DNA of 64,000 nt, from NCBI RefSeq assembly GCF_002571385.2, contig NW_019217852.1:262416-326415 (forward strand), written 5' to 3'. The translations under genes and the position numbers were made by a program. Every line of letters starts with the position of its first letter. Position 1 is the first letter of the stretch. This document shows, one piece after another, positions 1-12,400 of this stretch. The DNA is from Stylophora pistillata (taxonomy: Eukaryota). A model generated the notes under the pieces. The model ran no database searches, was not told the origin of the DNA, and saw nothing but the letters and a program-made list of their open reading frames with translations.

Positions 1-443
1 CTATATCCATTAGCTCATGTTGCTTTTTAGGAGACTTCGCCCAGACATGCAATGAACAGTGTACAAAAGGGAAATTTAGTGATACTGTCGCGAGAAATCA
101 GATGTTGTTGATCACTCTTAGGAGGAAAGGGTTAAACAATAATTATCCTTTTTAATTGATAATTTCTGCAACGTTTCAAAATACCAACAATCCGCGAATC
201 AAAACCTACACTTTTTACCATACATAAGTGGGGATGGAGGGAGGGAGCGGAGCAAGAATTTTCTTCCCTTTGTGCAAATTTGAAAACTTCAGGCGCCATA
301 TTTTCGGCATTACTTTGGATTCAGAATGTATATTTGAATTTTTTTCAGAGGGTTGTTGGATGTACTGTTTTTGGTTTTTTTGGATTATTTTTATCCTTCT
401 GAATGATAGAATTGTTCAAAACCTTTCTATTTTGCCGTTGTAG

Positions 444-3400
444 TACCAAGAAGATTCTGAAGTAGAATCTCTTGTACATAAACTGCTGGCAATACTGGAC
501 AAGCCAGAAAAGGCTCTTTTGTTGAGAGATATAAGGTGAGCTCCAAAGATCTGGAATTCCCTTCCTGTTACTTTTCTGTCAAGTTTTCCCAATTTTAAGA
601 AAAAACTGCTAAAGTTTTTAGTAAAATAATGACTGAATTGGCAAAGCCGCACACTTGTAGCACTATCTATGTAAGCGTATTGTTACGTTCGAGGTGGCCC
701 CAGCTAAAAGCCTGGTGATTTCTAGAGGTCACCTCGCCATACATTAACCATCGATAAATTGTTCATATATTAGGTAAAAAAGGCAAATAAATAAATTTGA
801 ATTTGAAGGAATCTTCGCCGTCATTGCAAATATCTTCACTACCAATACAGGAAGCAACCAGTCGTTGTATCAATTCGCATCATTTGAAGGGGGAGGGGTC
901 GGGGGAATTTTTGTGAAAATGTTTGTCCCTTTGATGGAAGTTTGTTCCTGATACAAGTGACATGAAATTAAACCGAATTGAATTCGTGAATGAAATTAAT
1001 GCCTTAAAAATAACATTTACAGTTTCGTCTTATTTTTAACTGGGAATAGTTTGTAGCCAAAGAAAATTACCCCGAATCTTAGACAAGCTTAGAGATTGTA
1101 TAATAATATGGGATCTTTTGAAGTTCAGCTAAAACGAAGCGAATTTAACCAATTCTTATATTTCTTTGAAATCGATTCTTGGACTTGAATTATCGCTCAG
1201 ATTTTATCAAAAAAACTTGGAGATCTTTTGGGTACTAATTAGAAATCTTTTTAGCATGTTGAAATAATCTAACAGAGCGTACCGCCCGCGCAAGTGATCG
1301 GTGGATGTTCACTTCCCGTGTACATTGGCTGGCTACAAGCATGTCTATCTAATAAATGAAAATTCCCCCAAGATATTATTCCACTTTCTGAAAGCTTACT
1401 TGGAAAATGTGTACATTATGATTTGTCAAATTCATTTACAGAACGTTAGTTTTACCGTATGACCTTGGAAGGTTTGATGCTATGGTGTCGGCGCATGAAA
1501 AAGAGGCTCTGGAGTACCTGAGTGGATTCGTACCTGGTATGAGCAAATAATCTCTAGATTTTTCCTAACACATCAGTGTTGTCGTGGTTTTGAATTCTCT
1601 GTCTGATGTAATTTTTATGGTTCTCTCTCCTTTCTAAGGTTCGCCAACCATAATACCTACCGTTGCTGAGAAACCGAAACGTCAACTTGTGGCTGCAATT
1701 CAAGGTAGTGTTTTAGAGAAACGGGAAGCCGACGGGCAGGTTCTCATTATTAGGGAATTCAAGAGAATCACGACGGCAACAACAACGGGAACATTTTTTT
1801 TTTCAATTCGTCTATACTTTTCTTTCATTTTTTAAAGTGAACGATCCTTTGGGGAAAAAATGTCGAATTTTCTTTCAAGATCGTGTACATAGAATTTCTA
1901 ACTCAATAGGAATGCCGAAGGGAACAAAAAAAAGTTTTTATTAATTTAAAACTGTTGCAGTTGGGGGCATTGTCTTACTACGACCGTAAATAAGTAATGA
2001 CCAAGATGGTATCTTACATTGAAGTGGGTGGGATGTTTTGCTTTGCTAACTTGTTGATGATTTTTTTGTCATTTGGTAACGAGAAGTGCCTGCTGTGAAT
2101 TATTTTATGTTAGTACAGCCCACGCTCGTTATTAGCAGTCTGTTATCTGCAAATGCACACAAACTTGATCAGTAATTTGGCGAATAAGCATCGTGGGGAA
2201 AAGAGCTTTTTTTAAATTTCCTGGGTTGCCGTCTTAATTGGGTATTTTGTAACTTCCCATTCACAGACAGCAGAGGGAGTTTTCAATTACGAACGAAGGA
2301 AGAAGTGGAGAAAATCAAACAGGAGAAGGAAGAAATGGAAAAAAAGCGAGAACAAACAGCGTGGCTGGGTGGCAGCATTCTCGATCGACATACACGAACA
2401 CCGAACAACCCAAATGCTCTCATACATTTACCGGAAAACTATCGAATGGATTCCGTCGCTGGGAAAGATTCGACCACAAGGAGCATCGCTCCAACTTCAT
2501 TTGGTGTTCCAGTGATACAGGTAAACAGCGGTGAGGCGTCCAGAGGAACGAAACACGATGAAAACGACAATGAACGACTCGTGGCGTCGAACTCGCTCCT
2601 TGTTCCCGACAGAGTATCGATCGAGTATAAGGACGACGAGGAAGTAGTTCCTGCGGCGTCCACTTCATCTGGGTCTTCTTTGTCGATGGGAGTTCCGGTT
2701 ATATCTGTTTCTAATGAGAACAAAGGGGTAACGATACTTCTCTCCAAAAAGAGAACAAGTTTAGGTAAGGAACTGTTTATCCTCTGAAATTTAGGGAAAA
2801 CCAATATGTTACTTTTCGAACTGATTCCGGAAAGGAATTTGCTTAACTCGCGCCAAGTCTTTTGGGAAACCATTTTGGAGAAGGGTTTATTCGCTCCTTG
2901 TTGAATTCTTTGGATTTTCTTAAGCATAACCTGTAGAATTTTATCAGTTACTGTGATATAATTTTGTCACTCTTGATAGCGTGCGACAAATAAGCAGAGC
3001 GATAGGCACTGAGAATGTATTTTCTGTCCCGTTGCAGGGACCTGAAATCGTACGGAATGATAGCAGTGATTATAATCACTTTGATTTGAGTTTATTTATT
3101 TGTCCAGGTATAAGTATTTCCGGAGGAAAAGGCTCCAAGACGCAACCCGAAGTCAGGGTAGAGAAAATTTTCCCTGGTGGCGCTGCAGCTGATGATGGAA
3201 GACTCAAGGTAAGGAGACCTAGACACATTTACAATATATCCAGCCTACAACCAGGTCGCGGGGGCCCCTCATTATTAGCGCTTTAGTACGACAGGTGTTT
3301 TCGCCCGCGGGGAAGTTTGAGGCCTTGAGATCATGAGAGAGGTCTAGAATGGGTTTAGTGCCAGGACCCCGGCCAATCTCCCGCCAACTCGCCGCGTACA

Positions 3401-3629
3401 GTTACATCCCGTATGTGGAAAGGTTGGTGTATCAGCAATTTAAACGGGTCTCGTGCTAATGCATGTTGTGTTGTGATTTCTTCCCTGTTAGAGCGGCGAT
3501 GAAATTCTGTCTGTGGACGGTGACAGCCTTGAAGATGCTACACATTCCGAGGCTGTGGATATCATCAGGAAGTCGTATAACAACAAGAGTAAGGATGTCA
3601 TGGAAATTGTAGTGATACCCAAGCAATAG
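444..3629 (+). CDS. PDZD7: PDZD7 (whirlin/harmonin family scaffold), 3' part: harmonin-homology domain plus C-terminal PDZ; 5' exons lie upstream of the window
   Basis: Phase-consistent GT-AG exons 444-535, 1442-1536, 1639-1704, 2267-2764, 3108-3208, 3492-3629 (TAG). Spliced product contains [30 protein letters not shown] (HHD) and [29 protein letters not shown]...EAVDIIRKSYNNKSKDVMEIVV, closely resembling PDZD7 PDZ3. Confidence 0.88.
541..807 (+). mobile_element. 3' end fragment of a CR1/L2-group LINE in a PDZD7 intron
   Basis: APKIWNSLP...FKKKL RT C-terminal remnant, a GAGGTGGCC...GGTCACCTC stem, then AATAAA and a (TTTGAA)2 tail. Confidence 0.55.
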
Positions 3630-6600
3630 CAGAGTTTTGTGGAGTATTTATCCGTTGGTATAGAGTTAGCTGTACATCGAAAAGGCACAAATCACACAGA
3701 TTACCACTTAACTTCACTCAGAGCAAAAAAAAAGGTTACAATTTAGTTTACTGTCAGAAGAAGGAAAAGAGTATACTGCCTCCAGTAGACGATCCCTTCA
3801 GAAATTCTATCCCTTTAGCCAACGTTCACATTAATTCGTGTTAGAAATTTGCTCGATCAGTTTTCAGCTAGTGTTCAGAAGGCAGTAAGTTTCCGCATCG
3901 TTTCTGTTTGCAGTTGTGCTGATATTTTAACACCAATTTTCTCCTCAGAATGACCAGTATAAGTAAATTCATGAAACATGTAATTCTAGATCAAAGTTTG
4001 CAACACAGCGCTTTTGGCCAGAATTGTAAATACATCAAAACGCTTTTAGTCATATCACATTTACCTATTGCTGCCCCCCTTCCCCCCCACTACGGGTTCT
4101 CAGCCCTCTCGTTCCTGCCACCAAGAATCCTTTTTTAATTCAATATTCCTTAATACACCGCTGACCATTGACTCGCCTACAATTTTTACTTTTAGAATCG
4201 ATGTATTTTACAATTTCTGCTATTTGGTTTTACAACTGGGCGCAGGACGTCCTTTTGAAAGCAAAAAAGAATGCTTATTTCACACGGTTACACGTCTTAT
4301 GCATTTATTAAATGAATAATATTGCAGTCGTACACACAGTCCGTTTCAATTAAGTTGGGTAGCATTTGGTAGAATTTTATTTTCCTCTTAATTTTTGAAA
4401 AAGTTTTGTAGAAAATATTTGCAATAGTGTTTTCAGAAATTGTGAAGTTTTGTGATTTGATTAAATTTTTTCTGGTTTAGTAATTGACAAAACATCTTTT
4501 TGGATAGACCCCCGGCCATGTTGTGAACATCGTTTGTAATCTTGATTAGTGTGTTACCCAAGAAAGATCTCTTTATTAGATCTTTAAAAAGAATTATTTG
4601 CTAACCATTGCTGTCTCAGTACAAAAAATGAATTTTTCCTTTGCCACAGCCATATTTTTGTAAGATAAAGTGGAGAGAATCTTTTTAACATATGATGTAC
4701 ATTTATCAGTAACCATAATTTGAAGTAAAATTCGATATTCAGCATAGATGTTGTTGATGTGGTATATTACTACTGTTTTCAGTTTTGTTAGAAACATGGA
4801 AGGACTCTTTACTTGTCCCTGGCAAACTTTACTCCCAAAAATACTGTTCCTGTTTAAACACTATAAATGGCACCAAAAACTAAAATAAAAAGACTGTCTT
4901 TCTACTCTTGTCTCTCTTCTACTGCCTCGTCATTCAAACATCCACCTTGCAAAACTCATGAAAAACTGAATTTCTTTTTGAGAGTACCTTCACACAATCA
5001 GAGGAAATTGAATTATCCAGTTCCCATCTGGCCTTGTTAAGAGAGATATGTGAGAATCCATTTTACAGAGACAAAAGCAAAAATTGCAACATCACAATTG
5101 ACCTGATGGGTCATGCTCTCAATTTACTATTTACCTGTGTGATTAAAGCGAGAGCCTAAAGAACATTGACCTACAGTTTCACCATTGCCAGCTTTCACTG
5201 TCACACCATCATCAAAACCGTTCCACATATTACATCAAGAATCAAAGAGAAAAGAAGATGAACAATCAATCATTCTCACAAAGATTCAGGTCTGTGAGAT
5301 GTCTGGTGTGAGAGATTTTCAAAGAAAGGAGCCTTTCTCACATGAATGTGTTTCTCTGTTTGTTACAAGGACACGGGTAAATAATGCTACATCTCATACA
5401 AATGGATGCACAGTAGTACTGTGGCTTGGACAGAAGCAGTATTAGTTTAACAAAGTAATATAAATATTGTTATCATTATTATTACCATCATTAGTGTCCC
5501 TGCTTCCCCCCAATTTATCTCTCTCACACCTCCACCTACTATAGAGGAAAGGGCTCCAGGAAAAAAACCTCAATAAGTTTGTTCAGGATCTTAAGGGACT
5601 TGCTGGTGTCAGGGAAGTGGACTTGCTGGTGTCAGGGAAGTGTGTGTGGGGGGAGGGGGAAGAGATACAGAAAGTTATTTGATCAATTAATATGACAAAG
5701 CTACACTACTAAGTTAATCAGCCTTTAATATCCCTATTATTTAGCATCTGAGAAAAATTCATACAAATGCTTTCTCAATGCATTTAAAAGACATACCAAG
5801 CTAGAGCTTCCCATATAGATGATCCTTGGGACACAAGTTGTTGGGGTGGGTGTCAAGATAAAAACAACATTCATCAACACATGATGGAAATAAAGAACAG
5901 GGAGTCATTATACTAGCAGTAAATATTCAAAATTTAGACTATGCTTACAGTTCAACTAACACAAACACTTAGATATATTTTACTAAGGAATTAAAATGCA
6001 ACACAAAATAAAATAAAATAAAGGAAATTTGCTCCATTTAAAAGCTCACAACAGTTATGTTGGAGGTAAGTTGCATAACATTACTCTCAGTGACAAAACA
6101 CGAGGTCTAGTTGCTTAACAATTATAACACTACCTTATTCGCTGTTTTTGCTTGAGAAAAACAAAATAAATTCACTAAAAAGGACATTCCACCTTCACCA
6201 ATATCTGTACCCTTATGAAATTTCTGCCATAACCCAATACAATGGTTGACCAATAATGTTGGTTTAAGTCTCAGTGGAGTCTCGTTTGTCCAGGATGATG
6301 TTTTGCATGTCATTTGAATAGAAGCACTGAAACCCAATTAAACCATTTCTACAATTAAACTAACTACTTGAAACCTAATCATTAAAAGACAATGCATACC
6401 AAAAACAGATGCAAAGTACTGTTTCCTTATTTTGCTTATGCATTTTCTTCAAATCTGGAATCTAAAACTCCCAACTGATGGGAATATTAACCTTTTTAAC
6501 TACTACGAAAATGAAGTGTTTTGTCTAAGCTGCGTGTCCTACCTGATGATTTTCTTACTTCTTAATACCTGACTGTTTAACAGAGTATTAAAACTGTAAA

Positions 6601-6952
6601 TATAATTCAAGGTGTGATCACTAATAGGGTGGATGGGTTTATTATTTGCTGCTTTTCTGTGGACACACCGTGTTCATTACAGTCAAGTCATGTTGTTAGT
6701 TGGTTAATTTGTCAATGTGATACATGTCTGGTGTGTCGTTGAAATCTGTTGTGAGCGATTTGCAAACTGTGCTCACAAGTGCCTTGTTGACCTTTTGACT
6801 TTTCATTTGAAGGTTTCCTCTTTCTTTTTTCTCTTTCATTTGTACACTCCCTTCCACTTTACAAAGTTCAAGTATAGTATAGCAATCAAATTTTTGTCAA
6901 ATCATAATCTATCACCAGGTTTTGAGGAAGTTCATGACTTCAACTCTCCACT

Positions 6953-6996
6953 CTGTTGCTGTTGTTGTTGTTGTTGTTGCTGCTGCTGCCGCTGCT
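6953..6996. repeat. (TGT)n(TGC)n trinucleotide microsatellite (CAA/CAG, polyQ-like on minus strand)
   Basis: Directly visible tgttgctgttgttgttgttgttgttgctgctgctgccgctgc. Confidence 0.85.
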
Positions 6997-9437
6997 CACT
7001 GTTGCCGCTCTTTCAACAGAGCTGTACAACTTGTAACTGCCTCCCCTCCCCTCCCCTCCCCTCTGTATGGTGTCTTCTTTCGTAGGTTGTGTTTTCAACT
7101 GTTAAGCATTTCTATGGTCAATGTCTTGTCTGTTTTCTGATCTCTGTTGCTGTCTTGTTTGGAGGCTTCTACAGTTTTTTTTCCCCAAAAATTTCAGTCT
7201 GAGAACACAAAGGATAAGAAGAAGGTATTCTTTAACTCCTCCTTGAAATGCATGACATACCGGTAGCTGTTGATTTAAAATGTCACCAAAGTCTCATCCT
7301 CCTTTGATTGCTGATCTGGTTTCTGTCTAAATGTTTGTGTGAAGTAACAAGTCTGGTTTTGGAGTCAAACCAATGATGTCCTTTTACCCCTATAATTATT
7401 AACTCAAATATTTCTTGGTAATGTCAGTCATGGTCACTTGTCGATTTCTACAATCCTTCCAAGGAGAACCTCACTTCTGTAGCACTGCACAAAATTTCAT
7501 TCACTCACGATGTTCAGTCACTAGTCTTGTAAATACACATAACTTATGGAGCACACTATTCACGAATTCCATTTAAAAACAAAACAAAACAAACAAAAAA
7601 CAATCTCTTGATAACTGTAACACATTTTACAATACTTCCACACATAACTAACACATCATTCAGTCTTTTGTACATTGTAGCCGTTTGCTTTTCTGTCTTG
7701 TCCAGTTTCTGTAAGCACTTCTTGAAAACCCAAATGACACAGCACTGCATCTTTGGTACAAGAAGCATGAAGATCCAGTGGGATACACCATTATCAACCA
7801 CTATGTCACTTCAGTTTTTTCATCATCTTCATCATCATCATCTTCCTTAACTTGATGGTGGGCATTTTGGGTCTGCACCAACACACTCCAGTTGCAGGGG
7901 AAATACTGTCGTATTAGTGCTTTGCATTAGTCCATTATCATATCACTTAGTTTGCTACTAGTGCAAGATTTCTGCTCAGCTTCATACTTTAGTATGCATA
8001 GAGTCCTTGGTTAAAGTAAACAACAGTAAGATTACATTTGGAACTAAGGTTTTGTTTCACAATAAAATGGGGCTGTACCGAAATTTTATTATTGTTAGCA
8101 ATTATGGTCAGAACTGTTTAAAATTTTCAAAACTTAGCAGTTACATACACATATTTAAACATGGTGTATCACACAGACTTGAAGCAGCAAACAAATTCTC
8201 TGGTGGACACATTGGTAAGTTAAATTTATCTTGTAAATATGGTTTGTAATTAAGTGTAGAAACTTCCTTCAAATGGCATGCAACAACATCAATTCCTTAA
8301 GTTTTTAGTTCAGTCTTCAGTCATCTGTCATATGAATGATTGTGCCCCTCCCTCAAAAACAAACACAAAAAAGTCAAAAATTGATAAAAATAATAAGCCT
8401 TCTTGGGGATAACTTCCAACTGATTATCAACCACTAAGAGGACTTTTGAATTCGGCTTTGTCTTTCTTCTCTTCCACCATTCACTGTAAGATCTGCTTTC
8501 GAAAGCTAACCAAACGTGAAGGCTGTAGGTTTGTGCAATGTGCTCTACTTCACAATATGGTATAATGTATTAATGACTATTAGTGCGATAATCTACTATA
8601 TTTTGTTAATTCTTTTAGCCTGGTTGACTAGAAACCCTGTACAATCCTCTCAAATAATTGTTCTGGCTACAAGTAACTTCCTTGTGTTACTATTATCTAA
8701 TCTCATCTAATCTACTCATCCGTTATATCATTGTTAGTAAACAGAAAGGCTGTTAGTATGTGGAATGAAATGAGTGATGTGACTGTGGTTTCACCCTAGT
8801 CTGTCGTATCTGTGGTGTCAACCTAAAGAATGTCCATTCTAAATGACAAAAACATTCAAACTTTCCTAATATAATGATAAAGGTGAAATGTCCTTTTAAG
8901 GCAGTCTTTCAAGCAGGTAATCGCCTTTTGATAACCCATTCACATCGATGTAAACAAAAAAAAGTGTGCTCACTGTATCTTATGATTGTTAAAATTTCAC
9001 AGAAATAGCCTAGAGTAGTATCTTAACAAATATGCTCTTTTTTTTTTCATGTTACACAAAAAAATCTCTTGAAATGACTTTTACCAAACATCACAGCTCT
9101 TTTCAGGTAAATTTTGTCAACATCATCTCAACAGTGGATATAGAGGAGAAGGAAAAGTCCTGCACAAGCCTAAAATTAAGTGTAACTAAGCACTGCCAAA
9201 ACCATGATTGGTTAATTGTTGCATATTGTTCAGTTTTTAGTACCTAATTTCCACGTATCTGGAGATGCAACTCTAAGACCTGCCCTAACATTAGTTATAT
9301 CACTTTTGTCACCACAACAAAAGAAAAAAAAAAGAAAAAAAGGAAAAGAAAATTGAAATGAATAAAACACTTTTTCAAAATGTCAACTTACAAACACTCA
9401 CACAAAAAAAGAAATAAACCTTCATAATACATTACAC

Positions 9438-12400
9438 TCATGCGAAGAAGTTAATAGTGTCCTTAATTATTCCGAGGGATTCATGGAGCTGTTCCTCTGT
9501 GATCACCAAAGGTGGTGTAAAGCGAATAATGTGATCATGGGTGGGTTTAGCTAGAAGACCATTATCCTTCAGTTTTAAACACACCTTCCAGGCATCAAAG
9601 TCTGAAAAAGGGGAAGGAAAATAATTCTAAAAATCCTCAGGTATCTGATCTATATCACTCAGACAAACAAGCCAACAAAAATTGTTGTAATCAAAAGAAA
9701 AATAAAGCTGCAAGAAACATCAGTTTTCCAAACTCCCTGACTTCTCCCTTGTAAAAAGTAAGAATACTCCACCACAAAAAAACCATTCACCCTCTCTAAC
9801 AGCCATTTTTTCATCTGCTGGTGTACTTTCACCAAATAAAAACTAATTTGTTAAAATGGCCTCACAAAACAGTACAAATGAACCAATAATAGTTGTAGGA
9901 TGACTTATACTTTCAATTTTTTTCTTCATATTTGTCCTCGACTCCAAATAAAATTCACAGACATCTCCCTGACCTGGAGGGATTTTTTGTTCTGACCATT
10001 TTCTAGCCTATGGCAACCATAAAAATGTACACTTTGCAAAGAGGAGCTAAAGTTTCATGGGATTAATGATGTGTTGCATCAAAGCTAAAATATAACTCCT
10101 TGTGTCAATTTTTCATACCCTTTGGAAAACAAGAACTTGGAGAACAAATTCATGGCAAGGACAAGAAACAAGGACACACTAGAACCACAAGTAACATCAG
10201 CTAATGGAGCTGAACCTCAGCTGTAGCAATGGGAAAAATTCACTCAGTTCTTTTTCCATATACTCCTTCTCATTCCCTGGTTTTTTATTTTTTTTGATTT
10301 CATAAGCTTGGCATTTGAAAACAATCTATGATTCAAAGCTTACTTTTATGATTTAGTGATAATCAATGCTAGCATATCTTACCATTTGTTGGTCTTATCT
10401 CTATCGCATTCATAAGTCCCTTGCCACGAGCAGTCTTTACAACAGCTGGGTTTAGCTTCTTCAATTCTGGAACCATGATTTCTCCAAGCTTTGCAGCATG
10501 TTCAGCCATTTTTTCTTCTTCCAAAACCTACATGTGTGATACATAATGATTTCTAAATAAATTTCAATTAATCAAATATAACTTTGCAAAAAATTTTACA
10601 GGAGTCTAAGGCATAATGAAAGGCTTTCTTGGAGAGGAACAAAATAAGCAGTGTATATCACAATATTTGAAAAAAGGTAAAGATACATTATGTAACTTAC
10701 ACTGAACCATAATGTATGGTTCTGAACGAGAAACAAGTTCATCTAATTATTCCCTTCCAAAGATTGCTACATTAGCCAAACAGTACTTGAGTAAAAAAAA
10801 GCACCAGGCTATCAAACAAGAAACCAACCATCCACTACAATTATCAATAATATTCATAACTTACTTTCAAAGCAGTTATAGCAACTTTGCAGCCAAGTGG
10901 GTTTCCACCATAAGTTGAGCCATGCTAAAAGAAAAAGAAAGCAGAAATCACCTCAGTTTAGCATTCTTTGAAAAAATACTGGAATAAAAAAATTAAAAAA
11001 ATGATTTTATAATGTCTGGCTAGAATTTTAGCATTACCTGCCCTGGTTTGATGGTAAGCATAACTTCATCATCACAGAGAACTGCTGAAACCTAATAACA
11101 CACAACACATTAGAGGAAGTCAGGAGTCAATCATGAACTTCTTTTGCAACACTAGGTCACCTATGTAACCCCTTAAGAGCAAATCTATGTCAATAGGGAA
11201 CAAAAATGATACATCAAGGTACAGACGCAAGGGATGATGAGCACAAAAAACCCAAAATTATTCTACATAGAATTCAACTGAGAAGGCTTTTAGTATGAAT
11301 TTGTTTCATTAAAAAAAATGACAGACCAGGGATATGAGATATAACAACAAGTCTGAATGCAACTCACTGGGTAAACTCCACCAGACAGAGCTTTTCCAAG
11401 AACAACAAGGTCTGGTCTAACATTCTCATGGTCAACACATAAGCGCCTGAAGTCACATAATATGTCAGATATTAGTCTCCAAAGTTGGGAGTGAATATAA
11501 CAAAAAATTGCAGCTCTGTTGCAACATTTCGAGTCATGTGAGGATTAAATCGAAAAAAAGCTATAAAATAATCAATTGATAGGGTAAGCAAAAGCTGAAG
11601 AGCTGAGAGTGGACAAAAAAGGAATAAAGCTGGTTGAGGACAGAGATTATCAACACTGACTGCAATGGACAAACTTACTAAATAAAAGTCAAAATGAAGA
11701 AATAATGTTGAATGTGAGCTGCAATCAAAGAAATCGTTGACAGCAACATTGAGTGCTTCTACACAAATAGAGCAAAAAACATATATACCTTCCAGTTCTC
11801 CCAAGTCCAGTCTGTACTTCATCAGCAATGAAAAGAACCTGGAACATTGTGTATATGCCATAAATGGGCTGCTTATCATCAACTCTTATGATTCCAAAAG
11901 CAGATATTTTAGTTGAGGAATGATTCCAAACATAATAATTATGTTTGATTGTGGAAAAATTACTGCTCCCAATTCTGCTTCCATTCTTTAGCAAAAATCA
12001 CAACTTTTTCCTGNATAAAAATATTAATTATAATCCATTTGAATGCGCCGAAAGCGAAGTCGAGTTATTCAAATGATTGAGTTTTGACTCGTTTCAAGTT
12101 ATCTTTTCACAGATTGTGTCAAATACCTCGCGTTACTTAACACCGCGTCACCCAACGCGTGACGCTTTCATGAAATAATCCTTCGCTTTGGCTCAAGACA
12201 AGAGCTTGGGACGCCTGTGTCGGCATTCGTTTTGACAAAACCATCTGTTCAAATAATTTCTACAGGCCATCATTTTTTTCGACTGCTTAGCCGTTTGTCC
12301 ATTCGATCTCATCTGTGAGGCTCATCTCAGTGTTCGAAAAATTAGCCGTTCATCCCTTCGATAATTTTCATTAGCCGTTCATCCATTCAACCTCATCCGT

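Noticed and set aside
6717-7140. Poly-Cys and poly-Val/Ala ORFs
   Set aside because: Artefacts of the trinucleotide microsatellite.
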